Under the pieces are notes generated by a model, which saw only the letters and a list, made by a program, of their open reading frames with translations, searched no databases and was not told the origin of the DNA. Below are positions 9,397 through 19,362 of a stretch of 64,000 nucleotides of DNA, piece after piece. This DNA is from Ignavibacteriota bacterium (GTDB lineage Bacteria; Bacteroidota; Ignavibacteria; UBA10030; UBA6906). The translations under genes were made by a program, and so were the position numbers. The stretch's first letter is position 1. Every line of letters starts with the position of its first letter. The DNA lies in NCBI GenBank assembly GCA_963849385.1, contig CAWKHH010000007.1, positions 549,000 through 612,999 on the forward strand. Reading direction: 5' to 3'.

Positions 9397-10968
9397 ACCG
9401 TAGGGTGACGCTTCCGGGCTCTGTGGTTGCAGCGCGGGAGCCCCGGTGCGCTGCTGGTTCTCCGTGGTCACGAAGACTCCCGCCTGCCCCGGTAACGGAC
9501 ACTTCGTTTCACAAATACCGCAGCCGATGCACAACTCCCGGAGAACGTACGGATACTTGACCATTTTCGTGTTGCCATCGCGCAGTCTCACTTCCTTCAA
9601 ATCGAATTTGATGGCTTTGTCCGGTGTGGGGCAGTGTTCTTCGCACACGATGCAGTCGGAATTCTGGGCGTAGGGAATGCAGAGGTTCTTGTCGAAGTGT
9701 GCCAGACCCATTGCCGTATGCTGCTTGACTTCGAGGGTCATCGGCACGATTGCATCTGTCGGACAGATCTGGCCGCACAGATTGCAGTTGTACTCGCAGT
9801 AGCCCTCACGCATCACCGCAACGGGCAGCCAGAGATCGAGCACAGTGGTCTGGATGCCATCCGGTTGCAGGCAAGCGCCGTTGGATGCACAGATCCGCAC
9901 ACACTCCTGGCACCGAATGCACTTGTCGGCGAATTGGTCCTCGGGCACCGCACCTGGAGGCCTTACCTGACGATTCTTCGCATCGCGGTTTTTCAAGCCG
10001 ACGCTGAGCATCCCGAGCGCAACTGCACCTCCGGCAACGGTCCGCACAAGCTGTCGTCGCGTGAAATCCACAGGCGTATGATACGGTTTCCAACGCCAGC
10101 GGTACGTAATGGCGTTGATTTTTGGCGGACAGACTGCGCCGCAACTGAAGCAGTCGATGCACTCGACCTTGCTCGTATGTTTTACATCGCCGGTGGGGAT
10201 CGCATTCATCTTGCATTCGGTCTGGCATTTGTTGCAGACCGGGCATGCCTCGCCGACGATTCGCTCGAACATCCGGAACTGCGCGAGAAAGCCGAGCCAC
10301 GCGCCCGCCGGACAAATGTTCCTGCACCAGAACCGGCGTGACAGCTTTTCCGCCCCCAGAATGGCACCGATGAAGAGTGCGATCCAGAAGAACTGCTGGG
10401 GACGAGCCTGCATTTCGGGCATAATAATCGCTTTGAACAGATCGTACACGTAGAACACAGGAGTCTCGAGAAATGGCACCTTCGTCGTCGCGAGAAGCGT
10501 CTGGTTGACGAAAAGCGTTCCCAGAGGATAGAAGACCACCGTCAGTGCGCGGTTAAATATCGAGAGGGGATCGAGGTATCCCCATACATGCACAGAGAAT
10601 ATGGCGAGGAGTATGCATGCGACCAGGAGGGCGAACTTGAAAAACCGGAGCTTCTCCCATTTCCCCGAGACTCGATTCGAAGGGGATGTGACGATCTTGC
10701 TTGCGGCGTCGATGGTTGTACCGAGCGGGCAGATCCAGCCGCAGAAGAAGCGTCCGAGAAACGGTGTGGCTGCGAGAATGACAAGTGCAGGCCAGAGAAC
10801 CCAGGACAGGGAGAGGTCCTGGATGAAATGAAAGAGGGGGATGAGTGGACTGAACCGGAGAAACAGGTCCGCCTCCATCGTTCCGGAATAGGGGTATCTT
10901 GCGATGAGAAACAGGATTACGAAGAATGCAAGAAAGCCGACCTGCACCACCCGCCGCAGTTTTTCCAT
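9388..10968 (-). CDS. NapH/MauN/NosH-family membrane-bound polyferredoxin (multiple 4Fe-4S clusters)
   Basis: N-terminal TM domain with CX3CP motifs (FFCGWICPLG, FWCRNICPAG), followed by at least five CxxCxxCxxxCP ferredoxin motifs. Confidence 0.8.
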   Translation of the reverse strand: MEKLRRVVQVGFLAFFVILFLIARYPYSGTMEADLFLRFSPLIPLFHFIQDLSLSWVLWPALVILAATPFLGRFFCGWICPLGTTIDAASKIVTSPSNRVSGKWEKLRFFKFALLVACILLAIFSVHVWGYLDPLSIFNRALTVVFYPLGTLFVNQTLLATTKVPFLETPVFYVYDLFKAIIMPEMQARPQQFFWIALFIGAILGAEKLSRRFWCRNICPAGAWLGFLAQFRMFERIVGEACPVCNKCQTECKMNAIPTGDVKHTSKVECIDCFSCGAVCPPKINAITYRWRWKPYHTPVDFTRRQLVRTVAGGAVALGMLSVGLKNRDAKNRQVRPPGAVPEDQFADKCIRCQECVRICASNGACLQPDGIQTTVLDLWLPVAVMREGYCEYNCNLCGQICPTDAIVPMTLEVKQHTAMGLAHFDKNLCIPYAQNSDCIVCEEHCPTPDKAIKFDLKEVRLRDGNTKMVKYPYVLRELCIGCGICETKCPLPGQAGVFVTTENQQRTGAPALQPQSPEASPYGSG

Positions 10969-10970
10969 AT

Positions 10971-11870
10971 TTACGACAGCCGCACCCGTTTGACATTCAG
11001 GGATTTCACGTCGAACTTGTTGAGTCCGCGCTTCAGCGCTTCACTGACCACGCCGACATCTTCCACCTTCAATCCAAAGAGTTCCAGCGCGAGATAATCG
11101 GCGCTGACGATGCACGGGCTCATGATCAGAGTGCGAAGTTGTTTGACATGCGCAAGATTGCCGCCGACCGGCCCATTGGCGGTCAGGATGCGATACGCAT
11201 CGATGATGGTCAATGTAGGGAGAATGGTTCTGTCGATATCCACAATCTTTTTGTTGAATTCGTTGTGGATGTCACCCCTGTTGCCCCCCAGGACACCCAT
11301 AAGGTTTTTCATGCCGAGAGTTACGCGGCTCAGACTATGATGCTTGGCGATCGGCACATTGATCACCTTATCCGCTTCGAGGTAGTCCTTATAGACCGAC
11401 CATTCCTTCACCGCTTCGCCATTGATTGCTTTGTCGACGAACCGGTTCTCGCGAATTTGCGTTACTTCGGCGCCTGCGGCCCTGGCTTTCTCTTCGATTT
11501 GCGAATTCGCGTAGCAGCGAAGTGGATTATTGCAGGTGCGATCGAACACTTTGACGGTTTTGGCACCGGCGTTGAGACATTCACGGATGACAGCGGCAAC
11601 CAGGTCTGGATTCGTGTTGGCAGCGAATTGCGGGGCGCGGTCCCATCCCATGTTTGGCTTAACGACCACAACATCCCCGCGCGAGATGAAACGGGTGATA
11701 CCGCCCATTTCTTTGAGCGCCGCAGCCAGGAGCTGTGCAGGCTCACCGTTTTCCACCCAAACCGCCTGGAGGGGCGGTTGCGCCGCGAAGAGAGGATCCA
11801 CACTTCGTGTCAATAGCGCTCCTCCGACAATACCGGCGCCTGTGCTCAAGAGAAAATCCCGTCTATTCAT
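10971..11870 (-). CDS. Tat-exported DUF362-like protein
   Basis: Twin-arginine signal MNRRDFLLSTGAGIVGGALL; VVVKPNMGW motif region; size and pattern are reminiscent of DUF362. Tentative family call. Confidence 0.65.
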   Translation of the reverse strand: MNRRDFLLSTGAGIVGGALLTRSVDPLFAAQPPLQAVWVENGEPAQLLAAALKEMGGITRFISRGDVVVVKPNMGWDRAPQFAANTNPDLVAAVIRECLNAGAKTVKVFDRTCNNPLRCYANSQIEEKARAAGAEVTQIRENRFVDKAINGEAVKEWSVYKDYLEADKVINVPIAKHHSLSRVTLGMKNLMGVLGGNRGDIHNEFNKKIVDIDRTILPTLTIIDAYRILTANGPVGGNLAHVKQLRTLIMSPCIVSADYLALELFGLKVEDVGVVSEALKRGLNKFDVKSLNVKRVRLS

Positions 11871-12006
11871 GTCCGCCTGCCTCTGTCACGTGTTCGAAAG
11901 TTACCCGTACAATCTGTCATCCCCTTATTGAGTATAGACAAAAACTTTCATAAAATACACCTTGCTCCAGATTTGTTCCCCCGATCATGTGATAAGGTGA
12001 AAGCGT

Positions 12007-13185
12007 ATGAGCCGTTTCTTCGAATCAGGCGATGTAACCAGAAGAGATTTCGTGAAAATCGCAGCGTTCGGTGGCGTCGCCGCAGCATTTGCTTCCCTGA
12101 CGGCACAGTCCGGAATGGGTCAAGACGTCCCTGCGATGCCCGCGACGAATGGAAAAGACGCATTGCGTTTTCCCCGCACCTCCCGTTCGTTACCCGGAGC
12201 ATTTCCCGGCCGCGTGGTACAATTGGTGAACGACAAAGCGATTGTTAATGATACGTTCGATGTCACGGCCCTGCACGTTATGCTCGCACAGGGCATGCTT
12301 GCCCTCACCGGTGCCCCGGGAGTGCCTGAGGCCTGGCGCATGCTCGTTCAACCGAACGAGATCGTTGGAATAAAGGTCAACCCGGTTGCCGGCAAGCTTC
12401 TTTCCACCAGTCCGGAACTCGTGCATGTCATCATCCGTCAACTGGAGGCAGCGGGTATCCCGAAGAAGAATATCGTGATCTGGGATCGGCGGGCATTTGA
12501 AATGACCGAAGTGGGGTTTACGGCCGAAGCATTTCCCGGTATCACGTTCGCAGGAACGGAATTGAAGGACGAGAAGGGATCCTTTTACGATGCCGAAGGA
12601 TTCCAGTACGGCGAGAAGATGATCGACAAGGATTGGCACTACTGGGCAGATGTCGAAGAAAAGTACGACGCGGAAACGCTTCCCTACATGATTAATGAGG
12701 GAACATATTCCTACTTCAGCCGGATTTGCACGAAAGATGTTGATTGCATAATCAATGTGCCCATTCTCAAGAATGCGGGCCCCACGGTTACGCTCTGCCT
12801 GAAGAATCTTGCCTTCGGGTCGATTACGAACACCGGGCGGCTGCACAAACAGTTATGGGCCGAAACGTGCGCGGAAGTGCCGGCATTCCCCCCGTTGAGA
12901 GACAAAGTAGTGCTGAATATCGTGGATGGCATCCGCGGGTGTTATCAGGGGGGACCTGCAGCTGATCAAAAGTTCATCTGTAATTTCAATACGCTCCTTG
13001 TCGGCACAGACCCGGTAGCGGTTGATCGTATCGGCTACGACATCATTCTTAAGAAGCGCCTCGAAGCGAAAATCCAAAAGGAAGAATCTGCAAAGGGGCG
13101 ACGCTTTATTGATCTGGCCGAGGGAATGAAGCTCGGCGTCGGGGATCTCTCGAAAATTGCGTTCGAGCGGATTCCCGTCAAATGA
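12007..13185 (+). CDS. Tat-exported DUF362-like protein (paralog, divergently oriented)
   Basis: Twin-arginine signal TRRDFVKIAAFGGVAAAFA; IVGIKVNPVAG region. Transcribed divergently from the other DUF362-like gene. Confidence 0.65.
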   Translation: MSRFFESGDVTRRDFVKIAAFGGVAAAFASLTAQSGMGQDVPAMPATNGKDALRFPRTSRSLPGAFPGRVVQLVNDKAIVNDTFDVTALHVMLAQGMLALTGAPGVPEAWRMLVQPNEIVGIKVNPVAGKLLSTSPELVHVIIRQLEAAGIPKKNIVIWDRRAFEMTEVGFTAEAFPGITFAGTELKDEKGSFYDAEGFQYGEKMIDKDWHYWADVEEKYDAETLPYMINEGTYSYFSRICTKDVDCIINVPILKNAGPTVTLCLKNLAFGSITNTGRLHKQLWAETCAEVPAFPPLRDKVVLNIVDGIRGCYQGGPAADQKFICNFNTLLVGTDPVAVDRIGYDIILKKRLEAKIQKEESAKGRRFIDLAEGMKLGVGDLSKIAFERIPVK

Positions 13186-14024
13186 AAACGCTTCTCACTC
13201 TCCTGTCGGGCTGTCTGGTTGTTGCTCTGGCGAGAACGCAAGTCATTGACACACCATACTTGAATTCAGGCGACATGCCCGGTTTGGTGGTGACGAGGAC
13301 CGGACATTTTGACGGGAAGGCCCTGTTTGGCTATATAGACGGTGGGGCCGAACTGTATCGCGAATACGGCTTCGTCGATCTGACGGTCCAGGAGATGAGG
13401 ATCGAAGATCACCAGATTCTCGTGGAACTCTTCCGCATGCGTGACCCACTGGGTGCGTTCGGTGTGTTCAGTGTCTCCCGGGGCGATTGCCGCGGTGAGG
13501 ATACCACTGCCCGATACTGGTGTAACACTTCCGGTCAGGTACTGGGTGCCGTCGGTCGCTACTTCTTCCGGGTGCAGAGGATTACCGGCGGGTCAGATGC
13601 GATCGGGATTGCACGAGCGGTCGCAGTACGAGTGCTCCACCTCCTTCCGGATTCAGGAACCGTTGTCCTTCCCTGGATCGCCGGCCGTCCGGATCCTCAG
13701 GCCTGGCAGCGCACCGCGATACTGGTGTTTGGAGAGCTAGGATTGCAGAATGGATTTCCGGATTGGGTTGATCCGCTGGAGAGCGGCGGCTATCGCTCGA
13801 TCACCATTGTGCCATGGGTCATTGAGGGGAAGTCTGCAACCATTGGGTGGATCCACTGTGCCACGGCGCAGGCCGCTTCCACGCTTGCGGGTTTCATCGC
13901 CACCCACAGGAGGCCGGGGTGGAGGTACCTCCGATTGTGCGAAGGCACATCATTCCTCGTGATTGAAGCCGATCTCCCTGCAGAACGTCTTGCGAAATTC
14001 GCGGGGACATTGCTGAATCACTAG
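13182..14024 (+). CDS. Hypothetical lipoprotein
   Basis: ATGA overlap with the upstream gene. N-terminus MKTLLTLLSGCLVVALA contains a lipobox. No family recognised. Confidence 0.6.
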   Translation: MKTLLTLLSGCLVVALARTQVIDTPYLNSGDMPGLVVTRTGHFDGKALFGYIDGGAELYREYGFVDLTVQEMRIEDHQILVELFRMRDPLGAFGVFSVSRGDCRGEDTTARYWCNTSGQVLGAVGRYFFRVQRITGGSDAIGIARAVAVRVLHLLPDSGTVVLPWIAGRPDPQAWQRTAILVFGELGLQNGFPDWVDPLESGGYRSITIVPWVIEGKSATIGWIHCATAQAASTLAGFIATHRRPGWRYLRLCEGTSFLVIEADLPAERLAKFAGTLLNH

Positions 14025-14050
14025 ACAACAACGCACCAAGGCTGACACTC

Positions 14051-15532
14051 ATGAAATGCCTTATCACCTGTCTGTGTCTCACCCTGTCAACGCCCGGTGC
14101 CGGAGCCGCCGAGCGGATCTCCGCCCCGATCGAGGTGAACAATTTTGCCCGAGTCACTTCACACGATGAACTCCTGGCGTTTGTCCGTGATGCCGACAAT
14201 CGTTCAACCCGTGTGACCGTCACAACGATCGGGAAGACGACGCAGGGGAGAGAGATCCCGCTCGTGATCCTGTCGCGCGATGGTATGGCAACTCAGAGGT
14301 TGCGGACATTCATCTTTTGCCAGCAGCACGGCAATGAACCTTCGGGCAAGGAGGCCGCTCTCATGCTCATTGCCCAGGCCGTCAGAGAAGACCTGGATCA
14401 ACTTCTTGCCAACACGGACATCCTGCTCATTCCGTCTGTAAATCCGGATGGCAACGAGGCGGGAATGCGCCGCAACGGTGCCGGGGCGGACCTTAACCGC
14501 GATCATCTCCTGCTCTTCCAGCCGGAGACCCGTGCCGTACACGGGGTATATGACCGCTGGATGCCGGAAGCGACACTGGATGTTCATGAATTCGGTGCGT
14601 CGGGTGAAGAGTGGCGGCGGGCAGGGTATGTGCGGGCCATCGACGAACAGTTTGGTTTGCCCACAAATCAGAATGTTGCGCCGGCAATCATCGCTCTGGG
14701 GCGCGACAAGCTCTTTCCTTTTCTTGAGAGCCGGCTGCGGAATGCCGGCATTCGCTTCTTCAATTATAGCATAGGAGGCGGGCCGGCCGATACAGTGCGT
14801 CACAGCACCACGGACATCAACGACGGACGTCAAAGTCTGGCGATCCTCCATTCATTGTCGCTCATTCTTGAAGGACGCAACGGACGGGAAACGAATGACG
14901 ATTTGCGCCGGAGAACCCGGGGCCAGCTCTCTGCCATGCGGTCGTATCTGGCATTCGTTGCAGATCACGCCAATGAGATTTCAGCTCTCGTCACCGCCGA
15001 ACGACGCCGGCTGACTTTTGCGACGGGTTCCCTGGCAATGCAGATGAACCATTTCCCCGATGGGTCTCTCCTGACGATGCCGGTGACGACATACCCCGGG
15101 GGCAAGGACTCAACGGTTCTCCTTCCTTACACGCCAGTCGTGCGCACACTGTTCGAAGTCACGCGTCCGCGTGCGTACCGTATTCCGCACGGCCAATCAC
15201 AGATCCTGGGGCTCCTCGCCCGGCACGAGGTGCAGACGCAGGTGCTCGAACGGGATACGCTGCTTGATGTCGAAGCGTACACTGATGTCCGGTTTACCAC
15301 GACAATGGTTGAGGGGGATACAGCGTACATAGCGCAACCGGAAGCGCGGAAGATTCGCTGTCAATGTTCGGCGGGAGACGTGCTTGTCCCTGTGCATCAA
15401 CTCCGGTCGACGATGATCGTCAGCGCCCTGGAACCGTCCTCTCTCTGGGGGATCGCACAGTATCCGGCGTTTGCCTGGATGCGTGACCTGAACGGAGAGT
15501 ATCCCGTATACAGGATACTGCCCGCTCGCTGA
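14051..15532 (+). CDS. M14 family zinc carboxypeptidase (secreted)
   Basis: Signal peptide; zinc/catalytic motifs QQHGNEPSG (HxxE), NPDG, DLNRDH and a later LDVHEFG His. Confidence 0.85.
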   Translation: MKCLITCLCLTLSTPGAGAAERISAPIEVNNFARVTSHDELLAFVRDADNRSTRVTVTTIGKTTQGREIPLVILSRDGMATQRLRTFIFCQQHGNEPSGKEAALMLIAQAVREDLDQLLANTDILLIPSVNPDGNEAGMRRNGAGADLNRDHLLLFQPETRAVHGVYDRWMPEATLDVHEFGASGEEWRRAGYVRAIDEQFGLPTNQNVAPAIIALGRDKLFPFLESRLRNAGIRFFNYSIGGGPADTVRHSTTDINDGRQSLAILHSLSLILEGRNGRETNDDLRRRTRGQLSAMRSYLAFVADHANEISALVTAERRRLTFATGSLAMQMNHFPDGSLLTMPVTTYPGGKDSTVLLPYTPVVRTLFEVTRPRAYRIPHGQSQILGLLARHEVQTQVLERDTLLDVEAYTDVRFTTTMVEGDTAYIAQPEARKIRCQCSAGDVLVPVHQLRSTMIVSALEPSSLWGIAQYPAFAWMRDLNGEYPVYRILPAR

Positions 15533-15678
15533 GGGATGCAGGTGGCCCTAGACACTACCTGCTTTTTCCGGGGAGACGCATCCGGCGTGTTGCCTTCCTG
15601 CAATATTCCTCGTAACTTGACAGCACACCGCTAGGGTCCGTTTATTCCCCCCTGCGTTCTTATACTGAGGGCATACAG

Positions 15679-16896
15679 ATGCGATTCATCTTTTACCTTT
15701 GCAGTGCTCTGCTCACCGCCGCACAACTTTTTGCATGCACCACTGCAGTAATTTCGGGAAAGGCCACGCGCGACGGTCGGCCCATCGTGTGGAAGCAGCG
15801 GGACACGGGAACGCTGGAAAACAAGCTTGTCTATCACACTGACGGCAAGTACGTCTTCCTCGGCATCCACGATCTCGACGACACGGCAAATGCCGAAATG
15901 TTCATGGGAAGTAATGCCGTGGGTTTTTCGATCATTAACACCGCCTCCTACAACCTCGAATACCAGAAATACAGGGGGAAGATGGACGAGGAAGGGATCG
16001 TGATGAAGAGGGCACTCGCCACATGTGCAACGCTTGCTGATTTTGAAGCGTTGCTGAAAGAGACGGCGGGGAAGCGCGGGGTCGAGGCCAACTTTGGTGT
16101 TGTCGACGCCCATGGCGGCGCGGCCTACTACGAAACCGATCCCTTTGCCTTCAAAAAGTACGACGCAAACGATCCCCTGACTGCCCCCAACGGGTATCTG
16201 CTACGCACGAACTTCTCGGCCTCCGGGACCCCCGAAAAGGGTCAGGGATATATTCGTTACCAGACGGAAGCTGATCTTTTCCAGTGGGGCTTTCTGGGAG
16301 AAGGCCTCACGGTCGATTTCATATTGCATGAGGCAACCACATGCCTTCGCCACTCCCTTACCGGCATGGATCTTGCCCGGGGAGCGCTTCCGGAGTCGGC
16401 CGAGATGGCACGTGTTGTGAACTTTGCCGATTTCATCCCGCGATACTCCACCACCGCCTCCATGATCATTCAGGGAGTGGCAGACGGAGAGGATCCATCA
16501 CTGACGACACTCTGGACGGTGCTTGGATCGCCGCTTACGACTCCTGTTCTTCCGGTCTGGGTGAAATACGCCGACCAGGTTCCTGTACAGCTCTATGCTG
16601 TGAAAGGCCGTCCCTCTGCGCTGAATGATGCTTCCCTCAGGCTGAAGAGTCGGTGCTTTCCGCTGAAGGTTCCGGAGGGGAGATATTACCTTGATCTTGC
16701 AAAGGTCGTGAACCGCCAGGGGACCGGTACACTCCAGAGGTTGAAAGGCGTGGACCAGAGTCTGGTTCTTGAAGGGCGACGTCTCCTCGAGGCAATGCGC
16801 TCCGGAAAGGCATCAGTGCCTGACATAGGGCGGTCGTATCATGACATGATGAAGTACGTCGTCGAGTACTACGGGTCGTACGGCGTACAGCTCTGA
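15679..16896 (+). CDS. Ntn-hydrolase peptidase, C69-dipeptidase-like (N-terminal Cys nucleophile after the signal peptide)
   Basis: Signal peptide ends ...AQLFA, followed by CTTAVISGKATRDGRP (compare the C69 CTTxLVGKxASxDGS motif). Confidence 0.6.
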   Translation: MRFIFYLCSALLTAAQLFACTTAVISGKATRDGRPIVWKQRDTGTLENKLVYHTDGKYVFLGIHDLDDTANAEMFMGSNAVGFSIINTASYNLEYQKYRGKMDEEGIVMKRALATCATLADFEALLKETAGKRGVEANFGVVDAHGGAAYYETDPFAFKKYDANDPLTAPNGYLLRTNFSASGTPEKGQGYIRYQTEADLFQWGFLGEGLTVDFILHEATTCLRHSLTGMDLARGALPESAEMARVVNFADFIPRYSTTASMIIQGVADGEDPSLTTLWTVLGSPLTTPVLPVWVKYADQVPVQLYAVKGRPSALNDASLRLKSRCFPLKVPEGRYYLDLAKVVNRQGTGTLQRLKGVDQSLVLEGRRLLEAMRSGKASVPDIGRSYHDMMKYVVEYYGSYGVQL

Positions 16897-16918
16897 CACC
16901 TTCTTTCTCCCGGGACCA

Positions 16919-17929
16919 ATGAACCATCGAACTCTCCTTCTTGGATGTGCCATGATGACGATCCCTTTGTCTGCCCGCGGCCAGCAGGATTCGACACTGG
17001 ACAGGCAGTTGGCCGACATCGTTACGAAAGACTCTATCACGGTGCTTGTGACGGATTCCGGTCTGGGTGGATTGTCCGTCTGTGCAGCGGTCGACTCTCT
17101 TGCCCGGGCCACCGGTCGATACACACAGATGCGTCTCATTTTTGCCAACGCCCTTCCCGAATCCGGCAGCGGGTATAACAGGATGAAATCGCTGGACGCG
17201 AAAGTGCATGTCTTTGATGCAGCGATCAGGGGCATGGTGGGATTGTACCGCCCCGATGTCGTCCTCATCGCATGCAACACGCTTTCCGTTGTCTACCCCT
17301 TGACGTCATTTGCGCGGGAGGCTCCGATGCCGGTGGTGGGCATCGTGTCCATGGGGGTCGATCTCATTGCGGAAGAGTTGCAGAAGAGTCCGGGAAGCAC
17401 CGCCATTGTTTTCGGTACAGAAACAACGGTGGGGGCGGGCACACATAAGCGTCTGCTGGTGGAGAGAGGCCTTCCGCCGGATGACATTATCGCCCAGGCA
17501 TGTCCCGAACTTGCCGGGAAGATCGAACGGGATGCCCGGGGGAAAGGTGTTCAAGAAGCCATCGCTCAATTTGCAGCCGAGGCTGTTGCGCAGAGCGCTG
17601 TGCCCGTGAAGAACATCGTGGCGGCCCTCTGTTGCACGCATTACGGCTACTGCACGGGGTTCTTCCGATCGGCCCTTTCAGCGCGCACGGGCGGAGAGGT
17701 GACGATCCTGGATCCCAACGTCCGGATGAGCAGGCTCCTTTTTCCAGACGATCGGAGAATTCCATCGGCTTCTCCGGAGGTGAGCGTACGCGTGGTTTCC
17801 CGTGCCGTGATCACCTCAGAAGAGTGCCTTTCGATAGGTACGTTGTTGCTTCCGGTATCTGCGCCAACTGCTTCAGCGCTTCAACGCTACGAACTGAAAC
17901 GGGATCTCTTTCCTTTTTCCAACGAGTGA
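16919..17929 (+). CDS. Asp/Glu racemase family protein (glutamate-racemase-like) with a roughly 35-aa N-terminal extension
   Basis: VLVTDSGLGGLSV and LIACNTLSVV motifs match the MurI-type racemase Cys pair region. The N-terminal extension is hydrophobic and signal-like. Stop is 6 nt before korD. Confidence 0.7.
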   Translation: MNHRTLLLGCAMMTIPLSARGQQDSTLDRQLADIVTKDSITVLVTDSGLGGLSVCAAVDSLARATGRYTQMRLIFANALPESGSGYNRMKSLDAKVHVFDAAIRGMVGLYRPDVVLIACNTLSVVYPLTSFAREAPMPVVGIVSMGVDLIAEELQKSPGSTAIVFGTETTVGAGTHKRLLVERGLPPDDIIAQACPELAGKIERDARGKGVQEAIAQFAAEAVAQSAVPVKNIVAALCCTHYGYCTGFFRSALSARTGGEVTILDPNVRMSRLLFPDDRRIPSASPEVSVRVVSRAVITSEECLSIGTLLLPVSAPTASALQRYELKRDLFPFSNE

Positions 17930-17935
17930 ATATCC

Positions 17936-18199
17936 ATGGCGATTGAAAAACGAACCAAAGTCACCGGCTCGGTGGTGATCACCGTGGAACGGTGCAAGGG
18001 CTGCGGTTTCTGCGTCGAATTCTGTCCTTCAAAGGCGCTGCAGCTCTCCGATCAATACAACGCAAAAGGATACCACCCGCCGGTGCTCGTGTCTCAGGAT
18101 CTCTGCAACGGGTGCAACATGTGCGGTTTGCTGTGTCCCGACTTTGCGATTTACGGGTTCATCCGGAAGAAGAAATCAACCAAGGGAGCTGACGCGTGA
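17936..18199 (+). CDS. korD: 2-oxoacid:ferredoxin oxidoreductase delta subunit (2x[4Fe-4S] ferredoxin)
   Basis: CKGCGFCVEFCP and CNGCNMCGLLCP motifs; 87 aa; immediately upstream of the alpha subunit. Confidence 0.85.
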   Translation: MAIEKRTKVTGSVVITVERCKGCGFCVEFCPSKALQLSDQYNAKGYHPPVLVSQDLCNGCNMCGLLCPDFAIYGFIRKKKSTKGADA

Positions 18200-19359
18200 A
18201 AGCTGATCCAGCCGGCGTGCTTACCGGTGCGCATTTCATTGACGGCGACCACGCCTGTTGCGAGGGGGCAATTGCAGCAGGATGTCGGTTTGTCGCGGGG
18301 TATCCGATCACGCCGTCGACAGAAGTCGTTGAACGTATCGCCGAGAGGTTCCCGCTTGTTGGCGGTGTGTTCATCCAGATGGAGGACGAGATCGCTTCGT
18401 CCATTGCGATACAGGGCGCGGTATGGGCTGGAAAGAAAGCGATGACGGTGACTTCGGGGCCGGGCTTCTCGCTGATGATGGAACACATCGGTTTTGCAGC
18501 GATGACCGAAACTCCCTGTGTGTTTGTGGATGTGCAGCGGGCCGGGCCGTCCACCGGGCTGCCGACGCAACCCGCGCAGGGGGACATGATGCAGGCGCGG
18601 TGGGGGTCTCACGGCGATTATCGGGTGATTGCCCTTTCGCCAAATTCACCGCAGGAGTGTTTCGATCTGGCGATCAAGGCATTCAATCTCTCCGAAACCT
18701 ACCGTGTCCCCGTCATTTTGATGATGGATGAATGCGTCGGACATATGACCGAACGGGTGGTGATCCCTCCGGCGGAGGACATCGAGATTGTTTCTCGCCG
18801 GTGGTACCGGGGAGCTGTGGACGCCTATGAACCGTTCCGTGCGGGCGGCGATATGGTGCCGCCCATGGTGCGAGCAGGGGATGGATACAGGATCCATGTC
18901 ACCGGACTCACGCACGATGAACACGGCTACCCTGCGATGACCGTTGCTGCACAGGAACGCCTTGTGCGCCGGTTGAACGACAAGATTCGCCTGAACACGG
19001 ATGCCATTGCCGCCTATGATGAAGACCAGGTCGATGGAGCCGACATTGTTGTGGTGACGTACGGCATCACTTCGCGCACCGCCCTCCCCGCAATCGAGCA
19101 GGCGCGCAGCGAAGGAATAAAGGTCGGGCATCTTCGGCTTGTTGTGGTGTGGCCCTTCCCGGAGAAGCGGATCCGCGCGCTCGCACAACAGGTCCGTGCG
19201 ATCGTCGTGCCGGAACTCAATCTGGGGCAGGTCGTGCTTGAGGTGGAACGGTGCGTGTATGGCGCTGTACCGGTCACACTTGTCGGTCATACCGGCGGCA
19301 CCGTCCATCAACCTGTGGAGATTTACGACGCAATCATCAACAGCGTGAAAGGGGCGTGA
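18196..19359 (+). CDS. korA: 2-oxoacid:ferredoxin oxidoreductase alpha subunit
   Basis: ACCEGAIAAGCRFVAGYPITPSTEV...GGVFIQMEDEIAS, a typical KorA/PorA N-terminal domain. Confidence 0.9.
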   Translation: MKADPAGVLTGAHFIDGDHACCEGAIAAGCRFVAGYPITPSTEVVERIAERFPLVGGVFIQMEDEIASSIAIQGAVWAGKKAMTVTSGPGFSLMMEHIGFAAMTETPCVFVDVQRAGPSTGLPTQPAQGDMMQARWGSHGDYRVIALSPNSPQECFDLAIKAFNLSETYRVPVILMMDECVGHMTERVVIPPAEDIEIVSRRWYRGAVDAYEPFRAGGDMVPPMVRAGDGYRIHVTGLTHDEHGYPAMTVAAQERLVRRLNDKIRLNTDAIAAYDEDQVDGADIVVVTYGITSRTALPAIEQARSEGIKVGHLRLVVVWPFPEKRIRALAQQVRAIVVPELNLGQVVLEVERCVYGAVPVTLVGHTGGTVHQPVEIYDAIINSVKGA

Positions 19360-19362
19360 GGC

